A DNA stretch of 64,000 nt from positions 372,001 to 436,000 of the forward strand of contig JBNJNM010000015.1 of the NCBI GenBank assembly GCA_052426225.1. The letters are read 5' to 3'. Every line of letters begins with the position of its first letter. Position 1 is the first letter of the stretch. The DNA comes from Zancudomyces culisetae HAW-14-8 (taxonomy: Eukaryota; Fungi; Kickxellomycota). Made by a program: the position numbers and the translations under genes. The notes beneath the pieces were generated by a model. That model did not search any database, was not told the DNA's origin, and saw nothing but the letters and a program-made list of their open reading frames with translations. Below, one piece after another: positions 58,087 through 64,000 of the stretch.

Positions 58087-59289
58087 TTTTGCTCACTTTT
58101 TGCTGTTTGTATTCTTTAAATTTTAATAGAAATACTATTCTCTAAAAACTTTTGTTATTTCGCCACTTCTTCACTGCAAATTTGATATTCTTATATGTTT
58201 TTTTTTGTTTGGAAAGTGAATAAAAGCTGTTTTAAGTTTGCAATAACTAAACTTTGATGTGTTTTTCAAAACTTTAAATTGACTGATCGTTTCAACACAT
58301 TTCACCTATAAAGTTAGCCAATTAGCCATATAGCCCAAACAAATAGTTTCAAAAACATCAATTAGCCTAATAATTCCCAAAAAAACACCACAAATGCGTG
58401 ATTATATTGAACTAAAAAAACTCAAAAAACGTAACCTAACAAATAACACGGATATATCTGTTCTCGCTTTCCAAAACACACAATTGGGTAAATATCCTGG
58501 TTAATCGTTTTCTAAATACGCCTGTTCCCTGCCACTAGATACAGACCACCGACTAATCACCTATAGCGTTATAAAGTCGACCCAATCTATTCGGAATTTA
58601 CAAGTGTACTTGATAACTGCCAAAAAATGCTGTACAGGCACAGAGAAAAATATTACGTTTGTTTGTTATTCAGAGCCGACTTGTTAACCACTTCCTTTGA
58701 TTACTGTTTTCCCATTCACCAAAAAAAAAAATAAAAAAAAATGATGAAACAAGGATGAATTTTAATCTATCAAATATCCAGCTCAGCAAGGAGATGAGAA
58801 AAATATCCAGGGTGATACAGAATCTGGTGTATTAGGGTGCCATGTTGTATATAAACAACTTTCATCTCTCCAGAGAACAAAAAAGAGGCATTTCCTTTGT
58901 TTTACTACACTTTATACCATCTTTCAACTTTCATATGTTCAGAAATACCCGCGTCCGATTATGAAACGAATAGAAATTCCAATAATTATATTCAATAAAA
59001 CGTTTCCCTTATATACAAGTCCCATCTTGCAATGGTGACTCCGCTACAGTGCATTTTTGGGTGGTACAACGATAAATTCTAGGATATAAATTCAACTACG
59101 TACGAGTCTATATAACAAAAGTAGATCAAAAAACATTTTGTAGACGGAAAAAGGAGTTAAAACTAAAGTTGTTGGTATGCATAGCAAAGGGCTTCACCTA
59201 CTCACCCATCCACTCACTCCTCCCCCCCTGCCCCCCAGAGTTAAGCGACAAGATGAAAAATGTCGTCTAACTTCTGGCCTACTGCAAAT

Positions 59290-62200
59290 TCAAGATTCTA
59301 ACACCTCTCTAACCGCACTGCAAAATGTAGACGCAATATCGGAATAAGATAAGCCTAGATACCCTGAATCGGTAGAGTAAATTCTACAAGTTACAAATGC
59401 ATGAACAAAATCTAGCGACACTTTCACTTCTGAAAGTATACAAACACTCTTCGTGTCGGGAAATACAAGTTTAGAGGAGCTATACAGAACATGGAATCCT
59501 ACTGAGCCAGGAGCACTTGGAACTGTACGTTGAGCAACACTGAAAATATTGTTCAGGCCTAATTTACTTCTTGCGTCCTCAAGGGTATTCACACAAAGCC
59601 CAGAGAACACCAAACTACCAGTAGCAGCGTGTCCGTTTGGATTTCTCCAAAACGACAGAAACTCGGTCTGATCGATTTTGTAATCACCAGACAACAATAT
59701 ATGCATCGAGTAAACGGTTTGAAAGTAAAATATGCCCAAAGAGCATTTTATCGCTATTTGAAGGTTGTTTATAGGGTCCATTTTCATCACGAACTGTGAG
59801 TCTTGATACAAAGGAACGACTGTCGAAGCGAATGAGCCTGGAAGTAAAGTGTCATCTGGGATCTGCAAGGGAGGTAATGGGAAAATTCCAAAAGAATTTT
59901 GGTTGATCTGTATAGCAAAACCTGTCAACGTATTTTGAGAACAATTATAGAAATCTAGGTTAAGCTGAATCGTTCCGTCAATATTTCGTTCAAATGAGCC
60001 GCAAATTTCTAAACCGTTTGTTTGACTCGAATCCAAGAATTTTGTTTTCGTAGTTGCAGCAGCGGAGTTAAGGTTGTACTGTGACCCAAGGGAGTTGGCT
60101 CCGGCCAGATTGCTACCTCCGAGTCCCCCTGAATAAGCTTCTCCAAAATTTCCAAAATTTGCATTATAATCCATTGCTGAATTATTTTTATTTGTTAGTC
60201 CACCTCTTTGTTCAGTTTTTTGTTTAGGTTGGGGTTCAAAAGACCTTAAACTACTAGCACCGTTCAAATTATTTGCAGAATAAAGCATGGGTGTTTTTGA
60301 TTGCTCAGTAATTGATACTGTATCTGTAGCACGTTTATTGGCTGTAGCTTCACCAATTAAATTTGCATTTTCCCTATCTGTGTTACAAAAATCGGTAGCA
60401 AAGTTTCTATTGGCTAGGTTTCCAGAACTTGCCAAAGAACGCAATGATGGCTGATAACCACCAACAGTAGATCGTGAGTGACTGGACTGCAAAGTGTCAA
60501 AGATCTTGCTAAGTGGGCCGACATCTTGACCAGCGCTGACAGGTTTTTGGTTCATCATGTTTCTTGAGCTAGAGATAGAGAGAGAGGCTAAGTGGGTGTC
60601 CAGATCTGCCTGAACGGATGATGTTTGAGGTTGGTGGCTTACTGAACTTGAAAAGCGAGCAGTCGAATTCAAACGCAGGTATTCTGGGTGGGAATCGTCA
60701 AGTTGGGAATAGGACTGTGAGCTTTTTGAGGATAGTGGCGGTTCAGCTGTGTATTCAGAGATGCGTGAGTCATTAGAAGCTTTAGTGGATAGAGAAAAGG
60801 AATTGGACTTGCCAATAGTGGCAGGGAAATCAGCCAAGGCAGAGTACGGGTCGATGTCTTTGTACTCGGTAAGCTCAGGAGAGTGTTCGCTATCTGGTTC
60901 TGCTAAAGAATATATATCATAAGGACTACTTTCAAGTGGCTTGGGCGTTTCGTCTGATGGGTAGTTGAAACTGTATTCAAAGTCCGGCTTTTTGAACCTA
61001 AAATTGACAATAGCAGATGGGTTTCCAGGTTCGAACTGCTTTATGTTTTTAAACATGACGGTTTGTGGAACTTTATAAACTGTAGAAAGTCTAGACACAT
61101 TTAAAACTAGACTATCCAGCGTTTTATCATCAAAGGAGGTTGATTCAAAAGATTTTGTGTGATATTTAGCAAATATCACCTTTTTCGCCTTTTCGGGAGA
61201 AATAGAGATCAACCTCCAATAAAAAAAGGCCCGGTCTCTGACATCAGGATTATCAATTTGTTCAGTCGCCATCTTCATTACTTTTTGTGCAACCTTTTCT
61301 CCAAAGTCGCGATCAATAATATAGGCCTTGGCCAAAGCTGTAATCAGCGCCAGCTGAACATTTGAAGGCTCATTGAGAAAATTCTCAACGAACCCGCTAA
61401 AATATTTTCCGTACCCTTGTATGACATTAAGATTAGAACCAGTTATCCATAAAGCTGCTGCCTTAGCTTCAGGCTCGGTAAATCCTGAGAATTTTCCACA
61501 TACATACTTTATATATCCCCTATACTTACTTGGATATCTGTGTAGCACCAGGCTAAGCGCAATGGTTGCGTACTCGGCAAGCTTGTTGGATTTTTTTCTA
61601 ATGGTTTCAATTAGCACTTGTACGCATTCAGTTGATATCAGCTCGTAGTTGACAGCAAGTTTCGCAATGCCCAAAATTGCACTCTTCGAGATATCTGTTT
61701 CATGGATATAATCTGCTAATTCCATGAGCACGAGTCTACTATTATCGTCGTTCGCGAGAGTAATAAGTAACTCCAGTTTTTCTTGTTTGACATAGCTGGG
61801 TTCATTAAACTTGATAAAGAATGCTTGTATTTGATTGGACATGATATGCGGCCACCTTTGCAATAGCACTTGAATGCTTTTCAAGGTAGTGTATTGGACC
61901 TCGGGCCCTGAGTGTAGTGAAGTAGTCAGTGGTAGGGAAATACTATTACATATACTGATCAGGTACTCTTCGTTGCTTATATATGTCATCAGGTAACAAA
62001 TCAGCCTTATTGTTGCTGATGCTACACCAGTGTTGCTGTGCTGAAGTCGTGATGTGATCTGGTTAATCAGCAATTTTGCATCCTCCTCTGAATTTATCGT
62101 TACGCACATTAGCGCGTCCAATATTTGAATTTGGTTCCACTCGTTGCACAAAAGTAGCGCAGTCGTTAGTTTTAAGGCTGTATCGATAGTTATGACAAGT

Positions 62201-63154
62201 TTTGCATCAGAAATGGTTTCTGATAGCTCGATCAGTACTGATATTGCCGCAGCAACAACCTAGTTTATTAGTATTAACTTCTGAGTGAGTATTGTTGTGC
62301 TTACTTTTGTGCTTTTCATTTTTTTTATAAAAAAAAAAGTAAATAAATGTGTGCCTACCTCTGGGTGCTCATCTGCCAATAACATCTTCAAACTCTTAAG
62401 AAGATCAGGCTCATCATGTAAGTACTCCGAGTTGAATCTGAATACTTTAAGAACCGATATTGCTGATACTTTTCGTACAAAGGGGTCCTTATCAGCTAAC
62501 GATCTCAACAAAATTTCAATTAGTGAATAGATAACATTTCGGTCATAAATATAACCCATAGTTCTAATCGCAGTCGCTCTTATCGTCGGATTACGAGAAT
62601 TAGCGTCCTTTACAAGTAGAAATTAATAGTTCATGAATGTTAGCTCAACTGTTTTATATATTTATTTTGTTTGGCGTGATATTCTGGTGAATAATTTTGA
62701 GGCTATACCATGGAACTACATATAGTTTGTGCGTTTTTCATAGTATACCGAATAAAAACACAAAATCCATTAACTTACACTTTCTAAATAGTGGATCGCC
62801 GACTCAGCTAGCTTTGGATAGCTTTTCCCATAATTTATCAGATACAAATATATCATCTTTTTCAAATCCACATCGTCTACATTTAAATATTCCAGCACTT
62901 GCGAGTGCAGCGAAGAAACATCTATCCCTGCTGCCATGTGCTTTATTACTTTTCTTATAGTGTCCTTCTTCTTTGTTATCTTGTTATTTCTACATGCCTC
63001 CAACTCTACTTTCAATTCTTCAATGTCTAGGTATTTTCAAAAAACAGCGTTTTTTAATTTATTTTTTTTACTTGTAGTAGATTCTCTGTTAACAATTATT
63101 TTTGTGGGTCAAATTTAATACAAAAAACGTCCACTTACCATTCATGCTCGCCAT
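59290..63154 (-). CDS. Adaptor protein complex beta subunit (AP-1/AP-2 beta-adaptin), ~4 exons
   Basis: Exons ~63154-63139, 63027-62778, 62608-62358, 62259-59290. KKDTIRKVIKHM..GIDVSSL, LKKMIYLYLINY, CNEWNQIQILD, YVKQEKLE, DNPDVRDRAFFYWRL (trunk). GLEICG, FAIQINQNSFG and NNLQIAIK mark the appendage domains. Confidence 0.92.
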
Positions 63155-64000
63155 ATTTGTCGTATTGATTATATTTATTCATTCAAGCTCGCTAGCTCTA
63201 TCACTATTAAATGCTTATCTTGGTATTCTTGGATGTATCGATTGTTCGTGAAGCGTTTTTTATCTTTTAAAAAAGGCAATATACTATCTTGCCTTTTGTT
63301 CAAATATGTTTATTGTCTGTTATGTCTATATTCCGCATACTTTAATGATAAAACGCTTTTGCATCAGCAAAATCGATTCTATCCTAAATGTGCGAATAGT
63401 ATATTTTCGGGAGGTTTATTTTGTGTCAGCCTTTCTGGTGCAAAATCTAGTTAGCTATATATGCTACTATTGTTACGCCCTATGTTGGTATTATAATATT
63501 TCCCTGTTAGATAGGCTTGCTCTAATCTTTTTTCTTTCTTTTTCCAAGTCTAATGAAAACAAAAACGGTTTAAAGCAAGACCAAAAGCGAGTTTCAAGAG
63601 TTCAAGCTTTTAACCTACATTATTGGATTGATTCAAATTCCCTTGCGTGAATATTGATTTCATCAGTTTGAACACTAGCACACTAACCATTGTAAACCTA
63701 ATTTTGGTATTTTTACAGGATTTAGAAATCAACATGAATTCCCGCTTTTTTTAACACGTTTTTAGTGGTATAGTCAGCAAAATAAAAATAAACGAGCTAT
63801 AAAAAATCACCATTAAAAAATGAATGCAAAACAAGTTATCGTGATTAAAATTTCTACACAACAGTCAATAGCAAACACCCACAAACAAAAGAATTTGCTT
63901 GCAATTACCAAAAATACATACCACAAAGAGAATCAAGTATACGTTTTCATTACTAAACTAAGCTTAATGAACATTTTTCGTTGGATGTCAGTACATTTTG

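Noticed and set aside
1-64000. CRISPR arrays, tRNA/rRNA genes, operons or a secondary-metabolite cluster
   Set aside because: No repeat-spacer structure, cloverleaf or rRNA motifs were seen. The methyltransferase, aminotransferase and peptidase are dispersed among housekeeping genes with no backbone synthase.

Overview
AT-rich eukaryotic genomic DNA with many short spliceosomal GT-AG introns. It is almost certainly fungal and probably from an early-diverging (non-Dikarya) lineage. MMAA/MeaB, ITFG1 and SAP30 homologues and the composition fit Zoopagomycota such as Harpellales, but that placement is inference only. I reconstructed about 23 protein-coding genes, many split over exons that the ORF track fragments or misses: PEX4, NPC2, PPP4R2, MMAA, COX11, VMA10, EGD2, SAP30, a GH17 glucanase, TRS31, VIP1, CRD1, eIF3a, VPS71, SEN54, an O-methyltransferase, ITFG1, an M50B-like peptidase, a HAD phosphatase, HEM13, an LYR protein, an ACC-synthase-like aminotransferase and a beta-adaptin. 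I found no CRISPR array, rRNA, tRNA, recognisable transposon or biosynthetic cluster. The content is mostly housekeeping, and I cannot support a claim of a wholly new multi-gene system. The best oddities are: a 43-nt tail-to-tail overlap of the VIP1 and CRD1 coding sequences; an abrupt switch in strand skew and synonymous codon usage inside eIF3a that continues into flanking genes; a fungal B12-pathway GTPase; a GC-AG intron in VPS71; an unlinked upstream ORF on VIP1; and an ~8 kb gene-free interval (46-54 kb) with splice signals, a hairpin and repeats. Exon boundaries were read by eye and may be off by a few bases.
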